From Bdellovibrionales bacterium RIFOXYD12_FULL_39_22 (GTDB lineage Bacteria > Bdellovibrionota > Bacteriovoracia > Bacteriovoracales > Bacteriovoracaceae): a stretch of DNA of 64,000 bases. Below, piece by piece: positions 9,447-19,859 of this stretch. The stretch's first letter is position 1, and each line of letters starts with the position of its first letter. Made by a program: the position numbers and the translations under genes. The notes under the pieces are model-generated. The model saw only the letters and a program-made list of their open reading frames with translations, did no database searches and was not told the origin of the DNA. The DNA lies in the NCBI GenBank assembly GCA_001770205.1, contig MEQL01000042.1:1-64000 (forward strand), read 5' to 3'.

Positions 9447-11219
9447 TCAATACAATAAGACATTTTTAATGACAGGCGGCAAAATAGTAGTATCAAATTC
9501 CGTAGCACCAAGATCCATACTTCCAATTCTTAATACTCCGAAAAAATCTCTAGATACCAAAGTTTGCGGCACGCTGCTGCCACTATCTATTGCCGGCCCA
9601 GTTCGCTGCAAATGAAAGTCTGCGGCCGAGGCATTAACAAACAACGGATCAGCACTCAGTGCACCAACATCCCAGGCCGGAAGCAATGCAGAAGGGTTCG
9701 TAGTACTAAACCACAAATTATTGTTATAGATATCTGGTGCTCTCTCTTTTGTAAGCGCAGTATAGCGATATCCTGCGGTATCCACAAAAATATTATTAAT
9801 TAGCTCTACCGTTCCATCAAAGTTATTAATGCTTCCTGGTTCATACCAAATAACCATGGCATCATTGGTAGAATTACTGCTATGCCCGTATCCATATATC
9901 GTATTATTATAAATTTTTACCTGCATATAATTTCGTTGGCCATAGAGCATAATAGCATGTCCCGTACTAGCAACTGGCGAATACTTCCCTGCTGAGGCAA
10001 TGATGTTGTTATATACTGCTATGCTGCCTCTAAATCCTAGAACATTAGAAGAACAATTTTGCGTACCAATATTAATTCCCGCCCCAACTTGATTTTCAAT
10101 ATAGTTATCATGAACCTTAAATACTCCTAAAAATTCTCCGCACTCATTTTCATCATATATGTGAATACCAAATCTGGCCCCGTTATCACTTAATCTATTC
10201 CAGCCCACCTCCGGTGCTACTGCTGAAAAATTATTACGCAAACTGAAATAGGTAGCATGTTCCTTATTAGAAGTAGATTGGCCACCATAATGGTGAATAT
10301 AATTGCCAAGAATTTTTAAATTATTAGCACTATTTGTTCCTCTAGCGTTATATTCTCCGGCCGTGCATCCAATTGCTCCTGATTGGCCGTTTGCTTCTAT
10401 GCCATCAGGTTGTGTCAACTCACAACCAACTGTTCGGCCATTGGCCGAACTACCAATTGTTCCCGAGTAGGCCTTAACTTTTAATTTGGAAAATACCCAC
10501 CAATCGTTTTGTGTGTAATAATTAGAGATTCCTGAATTAGTCGGACTATTTACTACGAAGCGAACGTTGGGATAGGTCACCAACGCTATGTGATTATTTG
10601 CCAGGCCATCTAATTGCGCAGAGGCACCATATTGAATTCTTCCGCTATATTCTGCACTAGTGGCAATATAAATAACATCGCCAACTCCTGCACTATTTCC
10701 ACGAACAGCATAAATCACACTGGCCCAAGGTGCTTGCCACGAACCAATTCCCGAATCAACTCCACCACTTTTTATAAAGCGAAATATTCCAGTATTTCTT
10801 ACGTAAAAATCCAGCTCATTGGATTTTTCACCACCAACCTCAACATAAATTTTTCCCGCTCCCACTGCCGCCGCGGAGGGAATGGAAAATGCCACTTCTT
10901 GCATTTTATGAGTGGTATACAAATCGGCCGGGCCACCAGGAAGTATCCCATCGGCATTTTTCCAATAATAAGTGTGTGCCATTTCAATAATGGCCCCGGC
11001 GGAATCTTTCAAATAGATTTTTGAACTGTTTTGAACACTTCCTAAATTTACGCCCCAGGCCGTAACGATGGCCCCATCTCCCAATCCATCACCCAATCCC
11101 GATTTAGGGCCATTTACCAAATCCGAAAAATAAAGTAGCGGGGCCATTGCAAAACAGGGAACTCCCATCAAATTTACTAGGATGACAAAGAAAAAAATGA
11201 TTCGTGTAATTTGTTTCAT
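9447..11219 (-). CDS. Secreted right-handed beta-helix (pectin-lyase-like) protein with N-terminal IPT/Ig-like domain
   Basis: Signal peptide; repeated NxIxNN / GNYIH motifs; C-terminal DPLFVN..DFHL..PAIDSG..DLGATEF segment. Confidence 0.7.
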   Translation of the reverse strand: MKQITRIIFFFVILVNLMGVPCFAMAPLLYFSDLVNGPKSGLGDGLGDGAIVTAWGVNLGSVQNSSKIYLKDSAGAIIEMAHTYYWKNADGILPGGPADLYTTHKMQEVAFSIPSAAAVGAGKIYVEVGGEKSNELDFYVRNTGIFRFIKSGGVDSGIGSWQAPWASVIYAVRGNSAGVGDVIYIATSAEYSGRIQYGASAQLDGLANNHIALVTYPNVRFVVNSPTNSGISNYYTQNDWWVFSKLKVKAYSGTIGSSANGRTVGCELTQPDGIEANGQSGAIGCTAGEYNARGTNSANNLKILGNYIHHYGGQSTSNKEHATYFSLRNNFSAVAPEVGWNRLSDNGARFGIHIYDENECGEFLGVFKVHDNYIENQVGAGINIGTQNCSSNVLGFRGSIAVYNNIIASAGKYSPVASTGHAIMLYGQRNYMQVKIYNNTIYGYGHSSNSTNDAMVIWYEPGSINNFDGTVELINNIFVDTAGYRYTALTKERAPDIYNNNLWFSTTNPSALLPAWDVGALSADPLFVNASAADFHLQRTGPAIDSGSSVPQTLVSRDFFGVLRIGSMDLGATEFDTTILPPVIKNVLLY

Positions 11220-11289
11220 CTCAATTTACCTTCTCATAACTTTTTTAAAAAGTTTTATAATTTAAATCCAGCGATGATAGTCACTGATC

Positions 11290-12402
11290 TTACTGGCCAG
11301 TATGCAGCAAATTAATCTCAGTTTTTGGATCAAAAAGATGCATGTGGTGTAAATTAAAACTCAAAGTCACCTCTTGTCCTAATGCGGGCATCTTTCTTCC
11401 CATAATTTCACTGATGTACTCTTTCTTTCCCGAAGACATGGTGAGTAGACCATTTTTACCAAGCGGCTCTACCAACTCTACCTTACCCGCAATTTTCCAA
11501 CCATTATCTATTCCATCATCTTCAGAGGAGATAAAAACATCGCTCGGCCGAATCCCCATAGTAACTTTCATTTTATCATGAACTAGTTGGCCCTTGCTGG
11601 AAGGAAGCACAAAATTAAAAATACCACTCTCTTCTATCAAATGGATATCATTTCCACTTTTGCGAACTTCACAATTAAAGAGATTCATTCCCGGACTTCC
11701 TATAAACGTCGCCACAAACAGAGTACGCGGAGTTTCAAAAACATCCATGGGAGTTCCCAGTTGCTCAATGCGGCCAGCGCGCATTACCACCAACCGATCG
11801 GCCAGTGTCATGGCCTCGAGCTGATCGTGAGTGACATAAACAGTCGTGGCCTTGGCCTTAAGGTGAAATTTTTTTATCTCCACTCGCATTTTTGAGCGCA
11901 GTTTGGCATCTAGATTGGAAAGTGGTTCATCAAATAAAAAGACTGTCGCCTTTTTTACAATAGCACGTCCCATGGCCACTCGTTGCCGTTGTCCGCCAGA
12001 CAAGGCCGCTGGGCGACGATTTAGATATTCGGTAAGATCAAGCATGGTGGCCGCTTCCATCACTCGTTGCTTGATTATCTCTTTTTCTACCTTCTTCAAG
12101 CGCAAGCTGAAGGCCAAATTTTCAAAAACGGTCATGTGGGGATAGAGGGCATAATCTTGAAAAACCATGGCCACCCCGCGATCTATTGGTGCCACCTCAT
12201 TCATTAATTTTTTATTAATAAAAAGGTTGCCAGCAGAGAGTTCTTCAAGGCCTGCAATCATTCGTAGCGTGGTTGATTTACCACACCCCGAGGGCCCCAC
12301 TAGAACTAAAAATTCACCGTCTTGAACAACCAGCGACATGTTGTGCACAACCTGTGTCTCTCCAAATTTCTTCTCCACATTCAATAAAGCAACTTCGCCC
12401 AT
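11290..12402 (-). CDS. Carbohydrate ABC transporter ATP-binding subunit (MalK/UgpC family)
   Basis: GPSGCGKST, LSGGQRQR, FLFDEPLSNLDAKLR, YVTHDQ, C-terminal TOBE region. Confidence 0.93.
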   Translation of the reverse strand: MGEVALLNVEKKFGETQVVHNMSLVVQDGEFLVLVGPSGCGKSTTLRMIAGLEELSAGNLFINKKLMNEVAPIDRGVAMVFQDYALYPHMTVFENLAFSLRLKKVEKEIIKQRVMEAATMLDLTEYLNRRPAALSGGQRQRVAMGRAIVKKATVFLFDEPLSNLDAKLRSKMRVEIKKFHLKAKATTVYVTHDQLEAMTLADRLVVMRAGRIEQLGTPMDVFETPRTLFVATFIGSPGMNLFNCEVRKSGNDIHLIEESGIFNFVLPSSKGQLVHDKMKVTMGIRPSDVFISSEDDGIDNGWKIAGKVELVEPLGKNGLLTMSSGKKEYISEIMGRKMPALGQEVTLSFNLHHMHLFDPKTEINLLHTGQ

Positions 12403-12434
12403 GAACCTTTCCTTGTTAAGATTTAAGCGCTAGC

Positions 12435-13658
12435 TTAAAAAGCAATTTCATAATTTAAACGTACAAAATTTTCCGTTTTAGAGTTGGCCTGTCCCTTATA
12501 AAACTGTGTTTCCTTCTCTTTACTGATTGTTCCAACAAAGACACTAATGGTTGGCAAATCATATTGATGATCCTCCATAGCATAGGCCCACATTAGCGCA
12601 ATTCGGCTCCCCTCTTGATCTTTTGCCCAATCCATACTGGCCGTTCCAAAATCTTCTTTGGTGACAATACGTTTTTCATAATCCAATCCGGCGGTCATAT
12701 TTTTACAAAGCACATACACCGGACGCAAATGCAAGTCCAAATATGACCACACTTGGTCTGTCTCATATCCTAAATGATCTTGAAAATTAAAGGTGTAATA
12801 TACGGCGTATTTAGGAGTTTTATAATCTCCCGCCCATTGCAACACCCATTTAGAGGCCAAGCTATCCTTGTCGTCTAAGTTAAAGGCACTCCGCATCGCC
12901 CCGCTATAGATATTTCCATGTGAGTAGTTCACCAATAACAAATTATAGAGGTTACCATCGCCAATTTTATCTCCCCAACGCTGGAATTGCACTCCCGCAA
13001 TGTAGGCAGTTGATCTATTCTGGGTATTTGCATCATTAACTTGATGTACTTCAATGTTCGATTTAATTTTTCCATTTGCGAGTGGATATTCTACTTTATT
13101 GATTAAAATATTTATTAGACGAGATTGATCTCCTCGCTCTTTCATCCCATAGGCAAATTCTAGATTAACTGGGCCAACTTTTTCCTTGCGAATACCACCG
13201 CCGAACAGATTATGCTCATCAAAAGGAAAAGCTCGCGTTAGAAAATCACCATCGCCGCGATAAGCGCGCTGGCCGAACCAAAAAGAGGTAGTTTCGGAGT
13301 GAAAAAATTCCATAAAGTTTAATCTCTCATTCAAGGGCATTGGCGTAGAACCTGTGGTTGCGGTGGTATCTGTGTTTAAAAATCGCAGATTGTTGCCAAC
13401 ATCTATCCCGTAAGTATATTTAAACTTATCACCTTTTTTAAACTCCACCGTCACTTCAGTAAGTGGTACAGCAAAAGCATTTGATTCTTGTGACCAAGCA
13501 CCCAAGTTAAAAGTATTCTCGCCCACTCCTTTCCTAGAAAAATCATCTTTTAAGGTAATGCCTCCGCGAGAATAAAGATGAGGATCAATGGCCCAATCAC
13601 TGGCCAAAGTAGAAAAAGAAAAAAGAGTTAAAATAAAGAAAAAAATAAAGTAGTTCAT
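12435..13658 (-). CDS. LamB/maltoporin-like outer-membrane porin
   Basis: Signal peptide; amphipathic beta strands; FWFGQRAYR resembles LamB WAGKRFY; terminal YEIAF. Confidence 0.55.
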   Translation of the reverse strand: MNYFIFFFILTLFSFSTLASDWAIDPHLYSRGGITLKDDFSRKGVGENTFNLGAWSQESNAFAVPLTEVTVEFKKGDKFKYTYGIDVGNNLRFLNTDTTATTGSTPMPLNERLNFMEFFHSETTSFWFGQRAYRGDGDFLTRAFPFDEHNLFGGGIRKEKVGPVNLEFAYGMKERGDQSRLINILINKVEYPLANGKIKSNIEVHQVNDANTQNRSTAYIAGVQFQRWGDKIGDGNLYNLLLVNYSHGNIYSGAMRSAFNLDDKDSLASKWVLQWAGDYKTPKYAVYYTFNFQDHLGYETDQVWSYLDLHLRPVYVLCKNMTAGLDYEKRIVTKEDFGTASMDWAKDQEGSRIALMWAYAMEDHQYDLPTISVFVGTISKEKETQFYKGQANSKTENFVRLNYEIAF

Positions 13659-13831
13659 TGTGTGGCCTCCTGATAAAAAAAAGGACAGAAGAAATCGTTG
13701 AAAAAATGATATGCTAATCCGACTGTATCAGACAAGAATAAAAGTACACTTTAGACTTAACATCTTCTTATATTTTGGCCATCATTGGTGCGCAGCTAAA
13801 TTTCCAAAATTTTCAATTAGGAGCAACTACT

Positions 13832-16105
13832 ATGAAGGGCCCTCTCTTCTTTTTTTTATCACTGATATTACTGTCTGGCCTTACCGGGACATCCTCCTTA
13901 CAGGGACAAGAATCTACCATTAAAACATTGGATTTCTACGTCTCTTCACATCTACTTGGTAGCGATAGTGCCTCCTACTTGGCCATCAACATTGAAAACA
14001 CCGAAGGCTGGCATACCTACTGGGAAAATCCCGGCGATGCCGGAACTCCGCTTGAATTTACTTTTGCCACTGAGCAAAATGAGTCCATCGAATTAGAAGC
14101 AATGCCATGGCCGGCACCAATCCGCTACTTACAAGATGGAGAGATGTGGGGGTATGGTTACGCTAAGTCGTATTCTTTCTTTTTTAAAATAGGCCCCAGC
14201 GTCCTGGAAAAAATTAAAAATAAGGCCATTGTGGTTAAAGGAACTTGGTTGGCCTGTAATGGTATCTGTGTTCCGGGCCAAAAAGATTTGCTGCTTTATT
14301 TTGACAGCAACGGACAAATAACCAACTCCCAACCGACCTCGCTGGCCATTTTAGCAGAAGAGATTATTATAGAACGCTTCAACGCCCTCCCAACTATAGC
14401 GGAACTTCCTTTGGCCATTGATATCGCTTTGGCCGTTGATTCTTCTCGCGATAGCGGAATGTTGCTTTACTACACTCTTACGGGAGTGGACGAGAGCGCT
14501 ATCTTTAAAGAACGCAATCTGCTTACTCCTTTTCCACATCCTCCTTTTACCTTCAAACATGAATCTCTATACAAGGATGGCCGTGGAAACATTTATGGTA
14601 AGTTGGCACTTGACTGGGATGGAGAATATATGGACCCAGAAATCCCATTACCGGCCGACGGAAACTTTCCTACTGCTTACAAATTAAAATTTCTCTTCAC
14701 CAATCCTATTTCTCAAAAAATAGAGATTGTGGAAAAAGAGTTTAACAGCTTCGAACAAAATGCCGACGAACGCATTAACTCTCTTTTTGCTGTTTTAGAA
14801 GAGATTAAAACCAATGCCTCCACTTCCACCAACAGCGCCACCAGTGACGCAGAAATTGAGGCCGCAAGTGGCAACAAAGAAAATAGCATCGATGATTCTT
14901 CGCTACCAACAACCACTCCGTCCTCGCTGGGATGGTATCTACTTTTGGCCTTTTTAGGCGGATTAATCTTAAATGTTATGCCATGTGTATTGCCAGTTAT
15001 TTCACTCAAACTTTTTTCTTTGCTAAAAAACAGTCAAGAAGATCGTGGTGTTATTTTAAAACATAACCTTTTTTATACTCTGGGGATTGTGGCCAGTTTC
15101 TTAGCTCTGGCCACTATTTTGGCCTTTTTGAAAGAATCTACTGAAGGAGTTGGCTGGGGCTTTCAACTTCAATCACCTCTATTTGTTATCTTTATGATTG
15201 AGATTCTTTTCATCTTTTCTTTAAATCTTTTTGGCCTCTTTGAATTTCAGACACCCGGAGGTGCTGTTTTAGGAGGTGCCAAACTACCCACCGGAGCGCT
15301 GGGTGATTTTGCCAACGGCGTATTTGCTACTATCTTAGCAACTCCCTGCAGTGCTCCCGTCTTAGGTAGCGCTTTGGCCTTCGCTTTTGCTAGCAGTACC
15401 GCCACTTTGTTTTTTGTCTTCCTCACCATCGGCCTAGGACTGGCATTTCCATTTATCGTCACCGGAATTTTTCCGGCCATGATCAAGTTACTACCTCGTC
15501 CGGGCATGTGGATGGAGCATCTGAAAAAATTTCTGGCCCTAAGCTTACTTTTGACCATTGTTTGGTTAATGGATGTCCTCTTCACACAAGTTGAATCTAT
15601 TTTAGTTTTTGCCTTACTCAATTTACTTCTTACTTTCACCTTTTTTGCTTTCTACCTTCGTCGCCATATGAGTAAAAAAATTATTTGGCAGCTCCTTTTC
15701 TTTGCTATTCCACTAACCCTCTTGGCATTTTTAAGCTACTCGGCCATATCCCCAGCACAACAAGAAGATGTGGCCTGGATACCTTGGTCCGAAGAGAAAA
15801 TGGAAGAATTTAAAAAAGAGCACCGGCCAGTCTTTATTGATTTTACCGCCAAATGGTGTTTTACTTGCAAAGTTAACGAAAAGTTAGTCTTAGAAAGTAA
15901 GGCCTTTGATGAATTAGTGGCCAAATATCATCTGGCACTACTTTTGGGAGATTGGACCAAAAGTGATCCTCTCATTGGAAATTGGCTGAAGGCCCATAAT
16001 AAGGCCGGGGTTCCGGCATACTTTATCCAAAAAAGTTCTGGTGAATTAATTTCTTTAGATGAGACTATCTCTATTGGAGAGATCGAAAAACTTCTAGAAG
16101 AGTAG
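13832..16105 (+). CDS. dsbD: Protein-disulfide reductase DsbD family
   Basis: N-domain WHTYWENPGDAG and ACNGIC; TM domain MPCVLP and TPCSAP; C-terminal thioredoxin WCFTC; ATG 13832 after AGGAG. Confidence 0.9.
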   Translation: MKGPLFFFLSLILLSGLTGTSSLQGQESTIKTLDFYVSSHLLGSDSASYLAINIENTEGWHTYWENPGDAGTPLEFTFATEQNESIELEAMPWPAPIRYLQDGEMWGYGYAKSYSFFFKIGPSVLEKIKNKAIVVKGTWLACNGICVPGQKDLLLYFDSNGQITNSQPTSLAILAEEIIIERFNALPTIAELPLAIDIALAVDSSRDSGMLLYYTLTGVDESAIFKERNLLTPFPHPPFTFKHESLYKDGRGNIYGKLALDWDGEYMDPEIPLPADGNFPTAYKLKFLFTNPISQKIEIVEKEFNSFEQNADERINSLFAVLEEIKTNASTSTNSATSDAEIEAASGNKENSIDDSSLPTTTPSSLGWYLLLAFLGGLILNVMPCVLPVISLKLFSLLKNSQEDRGVILKHNLFYTLGIVASFLALATILAFLKESTEGVGWGFQLQSPLFVIFMIEILFIFSLNLFGLFEFQTPGGAVLGGAKLPTGALGDFANGVFATILATPCSAPVLGSALAFAFASSTATLFFVFLTIGLGLAFPFIVTGIFPAMIKLLPRPGMWMEHLKKFLALSLLLTIVWLMDVLFTQVESILVFALLNLLLTFTFFAFYLRRHMSKKIIWQLLFFAIPLTLLAFLSYSAISPAQQEDVAWIPWSEEKMEEFKKEHRPVFIDFTAKWCFTCKVNEKLVLESKAFDELVAKYHLALLLGDWTKSDPLIGNWLKAHNKAGVPAYFIQKSSGELISLDETISIGEIEKLLEE

Positions 16106-16843
16106 CGTGGCCATCATGCCAACGCCGCCCGCAGGAAGCAACAGAGGAGTCACGACTACTTTCTCTTCTTTGCTTTTCCTTGATGCTAGTCGACTCAGGC
16201 CAATACCATATCCCATACCAATCGTGGCCCCGGCCAGAACATCTCTCAAGTAGTGTTGCTGATCATTGATCCTACTGTACCCCACAAAAGCGGCCAACAG
16301 ATAGGCCGGAATCCCCCAACGCCAACCATGCAGCTCCCCCACCACAGAAGAAAATGCAAAGGCCGTAGTGGTATGGCCAGAAGGAAATGAGTTTCGACTA
16401 TCACGCGCTGGCCGTTTTTCTCTAACAGTATATTTCAAAATAGTCGTCACCGCTCCGGCATATGCCGTGGCCTTAACCATCAAAAAAGCATTTTGTGCTG
16501 AAGATCCATCGCTGTCATCATTCCAATAGGCATCCGCGCCCATCCCCAATACATAAATAGCATTAGGCACCATCCTACCCATCAAATCCCCGATTGCAGA
16601 AAAATCACCCAATGGGCGCTCTTTTGCACTATAACTTTCTAGCGGTTCACTAACCGCATTATTAAAAATTAAAGAAAGCATCACCGCACCACCGCCCCAA
16701 TAAAGAGTTTGACGAGCATCAGTAGTTACAGGTGAAGCGAACTCTTCGGCCAATTGAATGCGCCAACTATCCTGAGCACCAACTTGGCGGCCAGCAAAAA
16801 TTAAAACTAAAAACATTATTCCAATAATAAATTTTTTATACAT
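16094..16843 (-). CDS. PAP2-family phosphatase
   Basis: KxxxxExRP, SFPSGH, SRINDQQHYLRD motifs; signal peptide. Confidence 0.88.
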   Translation of the reverse strand: MYKKFIIGIMFLVLIFAGRQVGAQDSWRIQLAEEFASPVTTDARQTLYWGGGAVMLSLIFNNAVSEPLESYSAKERPLGDFSAIGDLMGRMVPNAIYVLGMGADAYWNDDSDGSSAQNAFLMVKATAYAGAVTTILKYTVREKRPARDSRNSFPSGHTTTAFAFSSVVGELHGWRWGIPAYLLAAFVGYSRINDQQHYLRDVLAGATIGMGYGIGLSRLASRKSKEEKVVVTPLLLPAGGVGMMATLLF

Positions 16844-16912
16844 AATATTTGAAAATCTACACTACAAGAAAGCTATAGACAAAAAGATATTTGATTGTCA
16901 CCATCATCCATT

Positions 16913-17887
16913 ATGAAAAAAGTATTCCTTTTACTCCTTTATTCTACGGCCAGTCTGTTCTCCCTCTATGCTAACAATGTGGCATCTCCACCCGCAGTCA
17001 TTCCCTCAGACATAGAATTTAATAGGCCCAAAACTTTTGATTTTATCACCTATCTGCCATCCACGGGAATGGATATGCTAAAGACTTCTTTTAGCAAAAA
17101 GGCCTTACCCGCGTGGGGTGGCGTCATAGCTTCCTCTTTACTGCTCTATTACTATGACGAAGAAATTTTACAAACAGTACAACGCTGGGGCCGCTCCTTG
17201 GGCCTGGGAAACTCTGATCATACTCGCTCAATGATTCGGGCGGGCAATATCACAATCTTTCGAGGCCCTACCGATGTCGGGTCACTTATGTATTTCATAG
17301 GAGACGGCTGGACCCATTTTTTTATTGGTGCAGGTTTTGCCATAACAGGCAATCTTAATGCAGATAATCGTGCTATGCAGACGGGCAGTCAAATTTTTCA
17401 TGGAATGATTGCCTCCACCATTCCCAACCAAATATTAAAACGCAGCTTTGGCCGTGAATCACCATATCGAGCAAGTGAACCACGAGGCGCCTGGCGCCCC
17501 TTTCCAAGCTTTGCCACCTACAATGGCGATATTTCTAAACACGATGCCATGCCTAGTGGCCACATCATGACAGCGGCCATGACCTTCACAATCATTGATG
17601 AAAATTATCCCGAATATCGAAACTATATGCGGCCGATTAGTTTTACCCTTATCTCATTACTAGGACTACAGATGATTAATAACAGTGTCCACTGGGCATC
17701 GGACTATCCCTTGGGAATTGCTATGGGATATGTGGCCGGCCTCTCGGCGGCCAAAATCGGTAAAAAAATTGTGGGAAGAAAACAAGAGTCCACCACTTCA
17801 TCTGAGAGTAATTTTTCACTTATGCCTTTTTATTATAGCAACAATCAATCCACTATTGGTGGATTCAACCTCGGCATAGTTTTTTAA
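16913..17887 (+). CDS. PAP2-family phosphatase
   Basis: LKRSFGRESP, AMPSGH, VHWASD motifs; signal peptide; ORF track start 16895. Confidence 0.85.
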   Translation: MKKVFLLLLYSTASLFSLYANNVASPPAVIPSDIEFNRPKTFDFITYLPSTGMDMLKTSFSKKALPAWGGVIASSLLLYYYDEEILQTVQRWGRSLGLGNSDHTRSMIRAGNITIFRGPTDVGSLMYFIGDGWTHFFIGAGFAITGNLNADNRAMQTGSQIFHGMIASTIPNQILKRSFGRESPYRASEPRGAWRPFPSFATYNGDISKHDAMPSGHIMTAAMTFTIIDENYPEYRNYMRPISFTLISLLGLQMINNSVHWASDYPLGIAMGYVAGLSAAKIGKKIVGRKQESTTSSESNFSLMPFYYSNNQSTIGGFNLGIVF

Positions 17888-17911
17888 TTATTATCCTAAT
17901 TAGAAATCAAT

Positions 17912-18958
17912 TTATAAAGCAAGAGTAATTGGCGAAAGATTATTTTCCACACGAGATTTTATTCGACCTATTTGAAAAAATGTCATCTGATGTTTGCGCT
18001 GCCAGGCCGCAAAATCTTCTAAGGAATTAGCATTAACCATAAAAAGTAAACCGCCACTGGTTTGTGGATCTGCCAACAAATATTTTACCTGTTTGGGAAG
18101 GCCATTAAAATCTTGCTCGTAACTGGCCAAATTCCGCATCGTTCCTCCCGGGATCATCTCCTTTTCGATGTAATAATCTACATTGGGCAATTTAGGAATT
18201 TTTGAAAAATCAACTTGCGCACAGATATCAGCTCTTCCACAACACTCTAACAAATGACCTAAAAAACCAAACCCCGTAACATCCGTCATGGCCGTAACAT
18301 AACTCAATTTGCCTAACTCGTATCCAACGCTATTTAACTCTTTCATAGTAGCAAGAGCTACTGCACGATCTCCCTCTCTTAACTGGCAAAATTTCTCCGC
18401 AGTAGTAAGCAATCCAATTCCCAGAGGCTTACTTAAAAAAATATAGTCACCATCTTGGGCCGTATTATTTTTTTTAATATTCGAAAGCATGACTTCTCCG
18501 GTAACCGCAAGGCCAAAGATCGGATCTGCAATATCTATACTGTGTCCGCCGGCCAAAGGAATCTGCACACGATCACAAACGGCCCGCGCCCCCTCAATAA
18601 CAACGGAAGCAATTTCGGCCGGTAACTTACTGAGAGGCCAACCTAAAATAGCAATGGCCATGAGAGGGCGACCTCCCATGGCATAAATATCACTAATAGC
18701 ATTTACGGAAGCAATTTGGCCGAAGTCAAAAGGGTCATCAACAATCGGGGTAAAAAAATCAGTAGTACTGATAATTGCTCGCCCTCCCCCTATGTCAAAC
18801 ACGGCCGCATCATCTTTGCTTTCATTACCCACTAACAACTGAGGAAAATCTATTCTCGCAGAGGAGTGCGAATGTAAAATTTTTTCTAAATCTTTAGGTG
18901 AAATTTTACAACCACAACCGGCACCTGGACTGAATTGAGTTAATTTAAAGTTACTCAT
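17912..18958 (-). CDS. selD: Selenide, water dikinase (Cys form)
   Basis: GAGCGCKISP, DDAAV, TTDFFTPIVDDP, GGHS, MTDVTGFG, DPQTSGGLL. Confidence 0.95.
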   Translation of the reverse strand: MSNFKLTQFSPGAGCGCKISPKDLEKILHSHSSARIDFPQLLVGNESKDDAAVFDIGGGRAIISTTDFFTPIVDDPFDFGQIASVNAISDIYAMGGRPLMAIAILGWPLSKLPAEIASVVIEGARAVCDRVQIPLAGGHSIDIADPIFGLAVTGEVMLSNIKKNNTAQDGDYIFLSKPLGIGLLTTAEKFCQLREGDRAVALATMKELNSVGYELGKLSYVTAMTDVTGFGFLGHLLECCGRADICAQVDFSKIPKLPNVDYYIEKEMIPGGTMRNLASYEQDFNGLPKQVKYLLADPQTSGGLLFMVNANSLEDFAAWQRKHQMTFFQIGRIKSRVENNLSPITLAL

Positions 18959-18973
18959 ATTTGAATCCGAGAC

Positions 18974-19627
18974 TCATCGTCTAAGTTGTTGAGTGGCAAA
19001 ATTAAAAAGATATTTTCTAAACTCTAAAACATTAAACTCTGTCAAATAGGGAATAATCGCCAAATTGCTCGGAATGTAATCATAAAGCAAATTTTCTAAC
19101 GTAAATTGGATGGTCTGCATACCCACATAGAGTTCAATAAAAAAATCCATATCGCGATTTTGCCAATATGGAATCAAGGCAGCAACATCCTTGTGATTGT
19201 TGCAACAAAGGCACCCCGAACAATTTCCTCCGTTTTGAATAAATTGAATATGATGGTGAGTATGTTTAGCAATTAATGCCTCTCGCTCATCACACTGCTC
19301 AGAAAAATTATCAATTAACGAATTGGCCATGGATGGTTCTTCAATAAGCGTTATAAATAATTTTTCATAGAAAGTTGAATAAAGTGAAGCGAAGATACTA
19401 TCCTCCATTAGATAGTAAAAAAAATCTTCTTTCGATTTTGCGGTACGATGCAAACTCTCTACACTCTCTATGGCCAAATTATAAGGAAACTCTTTTAGTC
19501 CTTCTAAGGTGTGGAAAAATTCGATGAAAATATCTACATTATTCGCATTATCAATTACATTATCACTAACAATACGTTTCTCACTAACGTTCTCTTTATT
19601 GCTGTTGTTGCGTTTTAAAAAAAACAT
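18974..19627 (-). CDS. Hypothetical protein with His/Cys cluster
   Basis: 217 aa; HTHHH...CSGCLCCNNH; 15 nt upstream of selD on the same strand. Confidence 0.7.
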   Translation of the reverse strand: MFFLKRNNSNKENVSEKRIVSDNVIDNANNVDIFIEFFHTLEGLKEFPYNLAIESVESLHRTAKSKEDFFYYLMEDSIFASLYSTFYEKLFITLIEEPSMANSLIDNFSEQCDEREALIAKHTHHHIQFIQNGGNCSGCLCCNNHKDVAALIPYWQNRDMDFFIELYVGMQTIQFTLENLLYDYIPSNLAIIPYLTEFNVLEFRKYLFNFATQQLRR

Positions 19628-19660
19628 AGGCGGCCCTCTTCACACACATCCCTAAAATAG

Positions 19661-19689
19661 ATTATGGCCGGCAACCCTATTTATGGCAA
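19661..19689 (-). promoter_or_regulatory. Putative sigma-70 promoter for hypothetical-selD
   Basis: Minus strand TTGCCA-N17-CATAAT about 35 nt upstream of ATG 19627. Confidence 0.5.
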
Positions 19690-19823
19690 GAAAAAATCCA
19701 GCGCTATTCCAACACCATAAATAGCGAGCACTTTGTTGGCCAACATCTACTCTTTTCAAAAGAGTGGTATCACGAACCGAGAATAAATTACTGATTGCAT
19801 TGGCCATTGGAATAAATTTATTT

Positions 19824-19859
19824 AAGTGGCATGAAAAAATGTTTTTTCCATTACCACTT
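19824..19859 (-). terminator. Possible hairpin terminator after batE
   Basis: AAGTGG/CCACTT outer stem with ATGAAAAAA/TTTTTTCCAT inner stem just after the batE stop; no clear U-tract. Confidence 0.3.

Noticed and set aside
18905..18925. Possible selenocysteine in the SelD active site
   Set aside because: Both codons in GCGCK are TGT (Cys); no in-frame TGA
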